This document shows, one piece after another, positions 1 to 7,922 of a stretch of DNA of 52,823 nt (the first letter of the stretch is position 1; the number at the start of each line of letters is the position of its first letter). Source of the DNA: Campylobacter concisus. GTDB lineage: Bacteria > Campylobacterota > Campylobacteria > Campylobacterales > Campylobacteraceae. The stretch is from contig CAUQCU010000001.1 of NCBI GenBank assembly GCA_963516555.1, positions 1 to 52,823 on the forward strand, given 5' to 3'. The position numbers and the translations under genes were made by a program. The notes under the pieces were generated by a model that ran no database searches, was not told the origin of the DNA, and was given only the letters and a program-made list of their open reading frames with translations.

Positions 1-1832
1 TCTATATCGATATCGCTAAGTTCGCTTTTGCAGAGGTTTGCCGCTTTTAAAAGCATGGTGTGAGAGTTTGAACGAAGCAGAATTTCATATCTAAATTTGC
101 CCCCAAGATACTCGATCTGGCATTTGCCATATCCCACGATCTCTAGCTCGTCACTTTTTAGTGGCTCTAGCCTTTGCACAAATTCGTTCATTGCGCCCTT
201 TGCCATGCTCTCATCTTTGTGCGAAACGACCACGCGAAGCAGCCTAGTAAATGGCGGATACAGCCCCTCTCGGTAACTGATCTCCTCCTTTAAAAATGCG
301 TCGTAGTCGCTGATATAACTTTCAAAAAAATCCCTTTGCTTGCTTTGGATGATGACCCTGCCAGCTCCGTTTCTGCCGGCTCTTCCAGCTACTTGCATGG
401 CAAGGGCAAGCGTCCGCTCTCTAGCTCTATAATCAGGAAAATTTAAAAGCTCGTCAAAGCCCATGATGACGGCAAGCTCGACGTTGTGATAATCATGCCC
501 CTTACTTAACATCTGCGTACCAAGTAGGATATCTATCTTGCCATCATTAAATTCTTTTAAAGCCTTGACGAGCTTGTTTTGCGTCGTGATCTCGTCTCTA
601 TCAAATTTAGCGATCCTAGCGTTTGCAAACTCAGCTTGCAGCCGCTCTAAAAGCTCACTCGTGCCGATCTTTTTAGCCTCTATCATCTCGCTACCACACT
701 GGTGGCAGGTCTTTGGCACGGCCATTTTGTGCTCGCAGTATTGGCACTTTAGTACGTTTTGCTTTTTATAGTAGCTCATGCCGATGCTACAAAACGGACA
801 CTTCACTGTCTCGCCGCAGTTTTTGCAGACAAGATATTTGAAATTTGCCCTTGTTGGCAGGCAGATGACGGCTTGTTTTTTGTTTTCAAGCGTCTTTGCG
901 ATCTGCTCTTTTAAAATTTCGCTTATGCCAGTCTCGCTCTCGTCAAATATATAGCTCTTTTGCGACGCAAAATATGTCCCTTTTAGGCGAAAACACTCTT
1001 GCTTGTAAAAGCTAGTGAGGCTTGGCGTGGCACTACCCAGAACTACTTGCAGGTCAAATTTGCTAGTTAAAAAGAGGGCTAGATCCCTTGCGTTGTAGTG
1101 GGGCTTTGAGCCTGTGTTTTTGTAGCTATCGTCGTGCTCTTCGTCGATGATGATGAGTTTTAGCCTCTCAAGTGGCAAAAATAGGGCAGATCTAGCTCCT
1201 GCAATAAGCCTTGCTTTGCCACTTTTGATGTCTTTTAAAATTTGCTCTTTTTTCTTTGACGTGATCTTTGAGTGCCACACTGCCACAGCCTCGCCAAAGA
1301 AACTCTCTAAACGCTTTTGCATCTGCGGCGTTAGTGAAATTTCAGGCATTAAAAATAGTGCCTGGCCGCCTGCGTTTAAAATTTCTCTGATTTTAGCGAT
1401 GTAAATTTCACTTTTGCCACTTCCCGTGTCGCCAAAGATGAGCGAGCTTTTTCGCGCATTTATAAAATTTAGCGCTTCAAGCTGCTTTGGGCTTAAATTT
1501 GGCGATTTAAAGTCGCTTTCGCCACTATAAATTTCATCATCAGTAAGGCTTTGTGGCTCAAATAAATTTATAGCAACGCCAAGCTCGCAGGTGTAGTAGT
1601 AGGCGATAAATTTAGCTAATGTTGCTTGGATGTCGTTTAGTTTGAGGGGTAAAATTTCATCAATTAGGCTTGTTTTAAAGCTTGACTCATCAACTTCGCG
1701 CAGGATAAAGCCAGTTAGACTTTTGCCTCTAAGTTTTGCGCTGACGGCGCGAAATGGCGCAATATCTAGCTCGCTTTTATACGTGAGCGCAGCTAAATTT
1801 ACTCCGCTAAATACGACCTCGTAGTATCTCAT
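1..1832 (-). CDS. priA: Primosomal protein N' (replication restart helicase); 3' end runs off the left edge
   Basis: Missing from the ORF track because it is open at the edge. Manual translation from ATG at 1832 gives MRYYEVVFSG..., Walker A IFGDTGSGKSEIY (~1440-1401), DEEHD, four CxxC pairs (CKNC, CPFC, CQYC, CHQC), GTQMLSKGHDY, QVAGRAGR and the terminal DIDID. Confidence 0.95.
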   Translation of the reverse strand, partial: MRYYEVVFSGVNLAALTYKSELDIAPFRAVSAKLRGKSLTGFILREVDESSFKTSLIDEILPLKLNDIQATLAKFIAYYYTCELGVAINLFEPQSLTDDEIYSGESDFKSPNLSPKQLEALNFINARKSSLIFGDTGSGKSEIYIAKIREILNAGGQALFLMPEISLTPQMQKRLESFFGEAVAVWHSKITSKKKEQILKDIKSGKARLIAGARSALFLPLERLKLIIIDEEHDDSYKNTGSKPHYNARDLALFLTSKFDLQVVLGSATPSLTSFYKQECFRLKGTYFASQKSYIFDESETGISEILKEQIAKTLENKKQAVICLPTRANFKYLVCKNCGETVKCPFCSIGMSYYKKQNVLKCQYCEHKMAVPKTCHQCGSEMIEAKKIGTSELLERLQAEFANARIAKFDRDEITTQNKLVKALKEFNDGKIDILLGTQMLSKGHDYHNVELAVIMGFDELLNFPDYRARERTLALAMQVAGRAGRNGAGRVIIQSKQRDFFESYISDYDAFLKEEISYREGLYPPFTRLLRVVVSHKDESMAKGAMNEFVQRLEPLKSDELEIVGYGKCQIEYLGGKFRYEILLRSNSHTMLLKAANLCKSELSDIDI

Positions 1833-2242
1833 CACTCAAGGGCGCTGCAAAGTCCGTCGCTGCTCTCGCAGTCAAATTCGCCAGTGGTTTTGTTGTAAGT
1901 GAAATTTGCTGTTTGTCCGTCTAGCTTGAAGGTATAAGTGGTTGCTCCAGTTTTATGCCAGCCGTTTTTTGTGCCGCTATCAGCGATATTTACGCTTATT
2001 ACTTTGTTGAAAAGTTTATTTCCATCATCAAGCGTCTCTGGATATACTGGAGTGCCTTTTAGGACACTATCGTTGTATTTTAGTGAGATGCCACTTTTTA
2101 TGGCAGCGATTTGCGTTTTTGCGTTCGCGACTATGGCGTCGCTTCTAGTGAAGAAAAGCTTTGGTATAGCAATAGCGCTCAAGACGCCAAGTATGACGAT
2201 GACAAATATAATTTCTATTAGGGTAAAAGCTCTTTTTTTCAT
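1832..2242 (-). CDS. Type IV prepilin / type II secretion pseudopilin-like protein
   Basis: N-terminal class III signal KKRA|FTLIEIIFVIVILGVLSAIAIPK and a C-terminal Cys pair. Its stop overlaps the priA start. Confidence 0.9.
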   Translation of the reverse strand: MKKRAFTLIEIIFVIVILGVLSAIAIPKLFFTRSDAIVANAKTQIAAIKSGISLKYNDSVLKGTPVYPETLDDGNKLFNKVISVNIADSGTKNGWHKTGATTYTFKLDGQTANFTYNKTTGEFDCESSDGLCSALE

Positions 2243-2475
2243 TTATTTTCCGGTTTTAGTATCTCTTCTATCTCTTTTGTGACGTCCTTTACGACGCGCA
2301 AATTTGTGTAGCTCTCGTAGCTCTTTTCGACAAAGGCGTTTATAAGCTCACGAGGCTCGATAAATTTCTTTCCCCCCATAAATTTCTGCCAGTCGCGCTC
2401 GAAAATTTCAGCAAAATCATCATCAAGCGTAATCGTATAGTCGCGAGATGATACGGTGAGCGTGATCTGTTTCAT
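2239..2475 (-). CDS. Small protein, probable ZapA-like cell-division factor
   Basis: N-terminal beta-hairpin pattern QITLTVSSRDYTITL followed by helices. Lies directly downstream of a ZapB-like coiled coil. Confidence 0.5.
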   Translation of the reverse strand: MKQITLTVSSRDYTITLDDDFAEIFERDWQKFMGGKKFIEPRELINAFVEKSYESYTNLRVVKDVTKEIEEILKPENK

Positions 2476-2498
2476 TTTTTATGCCAAAAATGCCTAGC

Positions 2499-2732
2499 TT
2501 ATCTACCAAGGACGGCTTCGATCTTTTTCATTACATCATCAGCTTCGCTATTTTTCTTATCTAGATCCTCTTCTAGGCGCATGATTTGGTTGGTTTTTGC
2601 CTCATTTTGTGCTTTTAATGTTACGATCTCGTTACGTAGCTCTTCATTTACTCTGCAAACTTCATCGTATTTAGTGATGAGGTCATTTACTTTATCGCTT
2701 AGTGTGGTTAAGATCGCATTATCTTCAAACAT
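2499..2732 (-). CDS. ZapB-like coiled-coil protein (77 aa)
   Basis: Start revised to ATG 2732, which has an AAGGA RBS upstream. Heptad pattern LSDKVNDLITKYDEVCRVNEELRNE...KIEAVLGR resembles ZapB. Confidence 0.6.
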   Translation of the reverse strand: MFEDNAILTTLSDKVNDLITKYDEVCRVNEELRNEIVTLKAQNEAKTNQIMRLEEDLDKKNSEADDVMKKIEAVLGR

Positions 2733-2764
2733 AAAGGTTCCTTTAAAATAATAATTAAAGCCGT

Positions 2765-2773
2765 ATTCTAACA
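2765..2773 (-). promoter_or_regulatory. Extended -10 box (TGtTAGAAT) for the zapB-zapA-pilin-priA unit
   Basis: Minus-strand TGTTAGAAT about 33 nt upstream of ATG 2732. Confidence 0.5.
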
Positions 2774-2805
2774 CGCAGAGGCTAAATTCTTTTTAAAATT
2801 CTCAT

Positions 2806-2834
2806 TTGACAAAGCACTATCTTTGCTATAAAAT
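2806..2834 (+). promoter_or_regulatory. Sigma70 promoter of uvrB
   Basis: TTGACA (2806-2811), 17-nt spacer, TAAAAT (2829-2834). Confidence 0.6.
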
Positions 2835-2857
2835 TCGCCCAAATTTAAAGGCGATCA

Positions 2858-4834
2858 ATGAGTAAATTTGAAATTTCATCTAAATTTAGCCCAAGCAGTG
2901 ACCAAGCAAGAGCGATAAAAGAGATAGTAAAAAGCATAAAATCAGGCAATAAATACCAAACACTTCTGGGCGTGACAGGATCTGGCAAGACCTTTACCAT
3001 GGCAAACGTCATACGCGAGCTAAATATGCCAACGCTCATCATGACACATAACAAATCCCTTGCCGCTCAGCTTTACAGCGAATTTAAGGGCTTTTTCCCA
3101 AAAAACCATGTCGAGTACTTCATAAGCTACTACGACTACTACCAGCCAGAGGCCTACATCCCAAGAAGCGACCTATATATAGAAAAAGATAGCTCGGTAA
3201 ATGAGGAGCTTGAGCGCCTGCGCCTCTCTGCAACGGCTAGCTTGCTAAGCTTTGATGATGTCGTCTGTGTCGCCTCAGTCTCTGCAAACTACGGCCTTGG
3301 TAATCCAAGCGAGTATAAGGGGATGGTGGCATATCTTAGCGTGGGTGAGAAGATAAGCCAAAGAAAGCTTTTAGAGCAGCTCGTGGATATGGGCTATAAG
3401 CGTAATGACAACTACTTTGACAGGGGGGATTTTCGTGTAAATGGCGATGTGGTGGATATTTACCCAGCTTATTACAACGATGAAGCCCTAAGGATCGAGT
3501 TTTTTGGCGATGAGATCGATGCGATGTATCATTTTGACGTACTTGATAACAAAAGGCTAAAGGACATCTCTAAATTTACGCTTTATGCGACCAGCCAGTT
3601 CATCGTGGGCGCTGATAGGCTAAAGATCGCGATGAAAGAGATCGAAGAAGAGCTTGATGCGCGTTTGAAAGAGTTTAACGAGCAGGGCAAGCTAGTCGAG
3701 GCGCAGAGGCTAAAGCAAAGGGTGGAGTTTGACCTTGAGATGATGGCAAGCACTGGTATGTGCAAGGGCATCGAAAACTACGCGCGCCACCTAACCGGAC
3801 AAAAGCCTGGAGAGACGCCATACTCGATGTTTGACTACTTTGAGATAAGTGGCAAAGACTATCTAGTCATCGTCGATGAGAGCCACGTGAGTTTGCCGCA
3901 GTTTAGGGGCATGTACGCAGGCGATAGGAGCCGTAAAGAGGTGCTTGTGGAGTATGGATTTCGTTTGCCATCAGCGCTTGATAACAGGCCGCTTAAATTT
4001 GACGAGTTTATAAGCAAAAAGGCGAAATTTCTCTTTGTCTCAGCCACGCCAAACGAATACGAGCTTGGTATCAGCCAGGGGCACGTCTATGAGCAAATTT
4101 TGCGACCTACGGGACTGCTTGATCCTCTCATTGAGATAAAAGATAGTGACAATCAAGTAGAGGCGCTATTTGACGAGGCAAAGGCGGTCATCGCTAGAGG
4201 TGAGCGCGTGCTAGTTACGGTGCTAACTAAAAAGATGGCTGAGGAGCTAAGCCGCTACTACATCGAGCTTGGCATAAAGGTCAAGTATATGCACTCAGAC
4301 ATCGACGCGATCGAGCGAAATGAGATCATTAGGGGGCTTAGAAGTGGCGAATTTGACATGCTAATAGGCATAAATTTGCTCCGTGAGGGGCTTGACCTGC
4401 CTGAAGTGAGCTTGATAGCGATAATGGATGCTGATAAAGAGGGCTTTTTGCGCTCTACCACGAGCCTTATACAGACGATGGGGCGCGCAGCTAGAAATGT
4501 AAATGGCAAGGTGCTAATGTTTGCCAAAAAGATCACGCACTCGATGAAAGAGGCGATCGATACGACGACAGCTAGGCGTAAATTTCAAGATGAATACAAC
4601 AAAGCTCACGGCATCACGCCGCACTCTGCCAGCAGAAATATCGAAGAGAGCCTGCATGTCGAGGATGATGGTGAAATTTATAAGCGCGGTAAGAATTTAG
4701 AGAAGATGCCAGCTAGCGAGCGAGCTGCGATCGTAAAAGAGCTAAGAAGGCAGATGCTTGAAGCGGCGGCGCAGCTGGAGTTTGAGAAGGCGGCGGCGCT
4801 ACGTGATGAGATAGCAAAGATGAGAAAGTTATAA
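2858..4834 (+). CDS. uvrB: Excinuclease ABC subunit B
   Basis: [51 protein letters not shown] and C-terminal [11 protein letters not shown]. Confidence 0.99.
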   Translation: MSKFEISSKFSPSSDQARAIKEIVKSIKSGNKYQTLLGVTGSGKTFTMANVIRELNMPTLIMTHNKSLAAQLYSEFKGFFPKNHVEYFISYYDYYQPEAYIPRSDLYIEKDSSVNEELERLRLSATASLLSFDDVVCVASVSANYGLGNPSEYKGMVAYLSVGEKISQRKLLEQLVDMGYKRNDNYFDRGDFRVNGDVVDIYPAYYNDEALRIEFFGDEIDAMYHFDVLDNKRLKDISKFTLYATSQFIVGADRLKIAMKEIEEELDARLKEFNEQGKLVEAQRLKQRVEFDLEMMASTGMCKGIENYARHLTGQKPGETPYSMFDYFEISGKDYLVIVDESHVSLPQFRGMYAGDRSRKEVLVEYGFRLPSALDNRPLKFDEFISKKAKFLFVSATPNEYELGISQGHVYEQILRPTGLLDPLIEIKDSDNQVEALFDEAKAVIARGERVLVTVLTKKMAEELSRYYIELGIKVKYMHSDIDAIERNEIIRGLRSGEFDMLIGINLLREGLDLPEVSLIAIMDADKEGFLRSTTSLIQTMGRAARNVNGKVLMFAKKITHSMKEAIDTTTARRKFQDEYNKAHGITPHSASRNIEESLHVEDDGEIYKRGKNLEKMPASERAAIVKELRRQMLEAAAQLEFEKAAALRDEIAKMRKL

Positions 4835-4845
4835 AAAGGCTCGTC

Positions 4846-5245
4846 TCTTGCGCGCTTTTAAATAAACTAGAAATTTTCTCCCTTGATGAACTATATGTTC
4901 TATCTTCGGTCGAAAATTTCTTCGTAACATTTAAAATCATCACAAGATACTTTGCTTTGATGCTTTGGTAGCTAAAATTTAAATTTCTACGTGTCTCTGG
5001 TCTGCGCAAATTTTAACTGCGCAACATTCAAATCTATCACAAAATACCGCCGCCCAAAAGCCATGGCTCAGCTTCTTGTAGTGAGATCTCGTTGCGAGCA
5101 AAGCGAAGCAAAAAACAAAAAAAGTTCTTGTCTTTGGCGATTTGTCTTTTTCTGCTATACGTCGTTGAAATTTCACTCTACTGCAGTCACATATTATATG
5201 CATGCTCCTTTGTATCGTAAAGTTTTGCCTCGCCTCCTCGTAGCG
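4846..5245. repeat. Cluster of imperfect palindromic intergenic elements
   Basis: Nested arms TCTTG/CAAGA (4846/4947), TTTTAAAT/ATTTAAAA, AGAAATTTTC/GAAAATTTCT and GAAC/GTTC. Also TTGCGAGCAAAGCGAAGCAA at 5092-5111 and GTCACATATTATATGCATGCTCC at 5186-5208. Confidence 0.55.
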
Positions 5246-5247
5246 AG

Positions 5248-5277
5248 GCTAAAGACAAAAATCAGCTTGTCTTTAGC
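5248..5277. terminator. Inverted repeat between convergent genes, probable intrinsic terminator
   Basis: GCTAAAGACAA-N8-TTGTCTTTAGC, about 35 nt past the stop of the 5312..6667 gene. Confidence 0.6.
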
Positions 5278-5311
5278 TGTTTAAACTATAAATTTATCGC
5301 CAAATGCCCTT

Positions 5312-6667
5312 TCATGATCGGTCCTGCTCTATCATGTCTTTTTTCACGCTATACCAAGCAATTAATAAAAAGAAAAACTCTGCTATATTAAAAAGGTCTA
5401 TATTTTTAGCTAAAAAGCCTATAAAGCCTGGTCCACCTGGAAATAGTAGTACTAAAAGTACAACCGAATTTATTGCAAACAATATAAAATTTATCCAAAA
5501 TAGCCTACTTTTAGTTGCACTTACTAATCTTATTGTAAATAAAAATAAAAATACTGTAGCTAACAAATGAGCAAATACACCAATGTAGAAGATTGTATTG
5601 GCACTAGAAGCTAAAGATACAATTGTGGCATCGTGCATACCAAAGAAATTTGAAAAAGTATAATCGTTAGCATATATATACATGTAGTCAGTTTTTGCTT
5701 TTGCCATTATAAATATCACAAAAAGGATAGAGAAAAATAAGAAATTTGTACGCAGTCTTGGCTCATTTAATGTATATGCTATCTGCTTAATGGCAGAGTA
5801 GATAACCGCCAATACTACTGCATAAGCAAGAGGCTTTATAAATATTATTGGTCTAAGCGACATTCTTTCCAAATGTACTAACAAATATTCAAAAAATATA
5901 TGGTAAAAAAATGTTGCGACAAGGCCAACCAAACAAGCTGTCGTGGCTAATTGGCTTGAAGATTTGATAGTAGCCACGTTTAAAATCCCATCTTCGCTAG
6001 TTGCTTGGATTTCGTCACTACTTGCTTGCGTCTTTAGTCGCCACCATGCGATTAAAGCAAGAAAGAAAACTCCAGTATAAATTTTGTGATCAATTTCAAT
6101 AAAGTAGCCTGCTATATGAAATGCACTAAATAATGCATAAACCCAAAACATTTTTTCTTTTGTTATTTTTATTAATTTTGCGATAGATATCAATAAAAAT
6201 AGTGATGCTGTTGCGAATAATACTCCCAATAAATAGCTACGATAAATGGATAGCTGTTTAAGCAGGTCATTATTATACATGATCTCTTCGCCACTATAAA
6301 AATAATTTAATATCGTAAAGATAAAATCATCATAGTTAAAATTTCTTTCTATTAGATACATAACAATTTTAAAAGTCAAAAAATTTAAAATCGCATATAT
6401 CAAAATGAAAATAGTAAAAATTTTAAAATATGTTCTTAGTTTTGAGGAATTATAAACAGAGCATATCAATGAAATGGCAAAAAATAAAAGTATCCAACTG
6501 ATAGAGTCGCAGCATATTTTGAAGATAAAATTAAAATCACGATCAAAGGTTTTATAAAGTCCTGAAATATAAACTAGATGCTTAAATATCATCACAATAC
6601 AAGATACAATCCCCAACTCTCTGGCACTTTTTAACATGTATTGTTTTTCTTGTTGTAGCGGTTCCAA
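5312..6667 (-). CDS. Polytopic membrane protein with two homologous halves (DUF996-like)
   Basis: TTG start with AAGGAG RBS and many TM segments. Duplicated motifs AISLICSVYNSSKLRTYF / AIKQIAYTLNEPRLRTNF, TKEKMFWV / TKSRLFWI and FFLALIAWWRLK / FFLLIAWYSVK. AT-rich. Confidence 0.7.
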   Translation of the reverse strand: MEPLQQEKQYMLKSARELGIVSCIVMIFKHLVYISGLYKTFDRDFNFIFKICCDSISWILLFFAISLICSVYNSSKLRTYFKIFTIFILIYAILNFLTFKIVMYLIERNFNYDDFIFTILNYFYSGEEIMYNNDLLKQLSIYRSYLLGVLFATASLFLLISIAKLIKITKEKMFWVYALFSAFHIAGYFIEIDHKIYTGVFFLALIAWWRLKTQASSDEIQATSEDGILNVATIKSSSQLATTACLVGLVATFFYHIFFEYLLVHLERMSLRPIIFIKPLAYAVVLAVIYSAIKQIAYTLNEPRLRTNFLFFSILFVIFIMAKAKTDYMYIYANDYTFSNFFGMHDATIVSLASSANTIFYIGVFAHLLATVFLFLFTIRLVSATKSRLFWINFILFAINSVVLLVLLFPGGPGFIGFLAKNIDLFNIAEFFFLLIAWYSVKKDMIEQDRS

Positions 6668-6761
6668 ATTTACTCCTTAAATTAAATTAGTTATTTTATT
6701 GTAATTAGTTTAAAAAGTGTTTAAATATTTTAAATCAGGTTAATTTATTTTGATTTGGTAT

Positions 6762-7922
6762 TTATTTATCTGTGACTGGCTTTAAAAAATAGCTCGACAC
6801 CGCGCAGATAAGCGAAACCGCAGCGATAAAGTAAAATGAGTGCGTTAGACTAAAGATGTCAGCGATCTTGCCGATGACTGTTGCGAATATACCGCCGATT
6901 GTTATACTAAGTCCAAGCGTTACGCCAGAGGCTAGGCCGATTTGATTTGGTAGATAAAGCTGTGCAAGGGCGATAGAGGGGCTAAAAGATAGGCTGATGC
7001 AGGCACTCACGCAGATGGAGGCCACGAGAAATAGCGCGTAGCTGTCGATAAAGAGCATTAGCACGACTAGCGGCGCGGCGATACTTAGGCTTATTTTGAT
7101 GAGCCTAACTAGTCCGTATCTATCAGCTAGAGCTCCGCCAAATAGCGTAGAGATCGCACCTGCAGCAAAAAAGAGGCTTAAATTTACATTTGCAGCTTCT
7201 TTGCTAAGACCAAAAATTTTGATGAGATAGATGCTAAAAAATGCCGAAAAGCCAAATGCGACGATAGAGCGTGAAAATATACAGACACAAAGCCTTAAAA
7301 ACGCCCCCAGATCGTCTTTTAGAGCGCTTGTTTTTTGTGAAATTTGCTTTTTGTGATTGCCTTCGAGCGCTTTTATAAATTTGCCCTTTTTAAGGTATAA
7401 AAGTGTTAGAAAAATTTGAGGGATTATAAAGACTAGCGTCCCTTTTAGTCCAAAATTTCCCACAAAAACGGCGACTAAAATGGGTCCAACTGCAAAGCCT
7501 ACGTTACCTCCAAATGAAAATATACTTATACTTTTGGCTCTATTTTTAGCGTTTGAGGCGTAATTTACGATCCTTGCGGCGCTTGGGTGAAAGAGCGCGG
7601 CGCCGATACCGCTTATCATCACGCAAACCAAGATGATGTAGTAGTTTGTGACAAAGCCAGTGAGGCTCATGCCCCCGCCTGCAAGTAGTAGCCCAAGCGG
7701 GATGACGTATGGTAGCTCTTTTTTGTCGCTTAGGCGGCCGATAAGTGGCTGGATGAGCGAGCTTGCTAAATTTGTGGCGGTCACGAGCGAGGCGGCCGTG
7801 GCGTAGTCGTAGTGGTAGCTCGCGATGAAAAAGGGTAGCATCGCACCAAGCGCACTTTGGTTTATGTCGCTACAAAAGTGCCCAAGCCCCATTAGATACT
7901 TTAAATTTTCCGCCTTTTTCAT
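6762..7922 (-). CDS. fsr: MFS transporter, fosmidomycin-resistance (Fsr) family
   Basis: GHFCSDINQ, QPLIGRLSDK, GIGAALFHP, FSFGGNVGFAVGP, GGALADRYG. Confidence 0.8.
   Translation of the reverse strand: MKKAENLKYLMGLGHFCSDINQSALGAMLPFFIASYHYDYATAASLVTATNLASSLIQPLIGRLSDKKELPYVIPLGLLLAGGGMSLTGFVTNYYIILVCVMISGIGAALFHPSAARIVNYASNAKNRAKSISIFSFGGNVGFAVGPILVAVFVGNFGLKGTLVFIIPQIFLTLLYLKKGKFIKALEGNHKKQISQKTSALKDDLGAFLRLCVCIFSRSIVAFGFSAFFSIYLIKIFGLSKEAANVNLSLFFAAGAISTLFGGALADRYGLVRLIKISLSIAAPLVVLMLFIDSYALFLVASICVSACISLSFSPSIALAQLYLPNQIGLASGVTLGLSITIGGIFATVIGKIADIFSLTHSFYFIAAVSLICAVSSYFLKPVTDK

Noticed and set aside
538..1824. Short plus-strand ORFs (538..771, 1147..1404, 1630..1824) and the many similar antisense ORFs over uvrB, groEL, uup, betT and others
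   Set aside because: They are shadows of well-supported genes on the opposite strand or in another frame, with no RBS or motifs.
2200..2260. Possible 6S RNA downstream of the zapA-like gene, a common synteny
   Set aside because: The next gene overlaps the zapA-like stop, leaving no room.
4846..5277. CRISPR array or IS element
   Set aside because: No regularly spaced identical direct repeats, no cas or transposase gene, and no clear terminal inverted repeats with a target duplication.
4713..5570. ORFs 4713..5009, 4979..5203, 4991..5284 and 5304..5570 as small proteins or a toxin-antitoxin pair
   Set aside because: They overlap each other or real genes, have atypical composition and lack an RBS. 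The region is better explained by palindromes.
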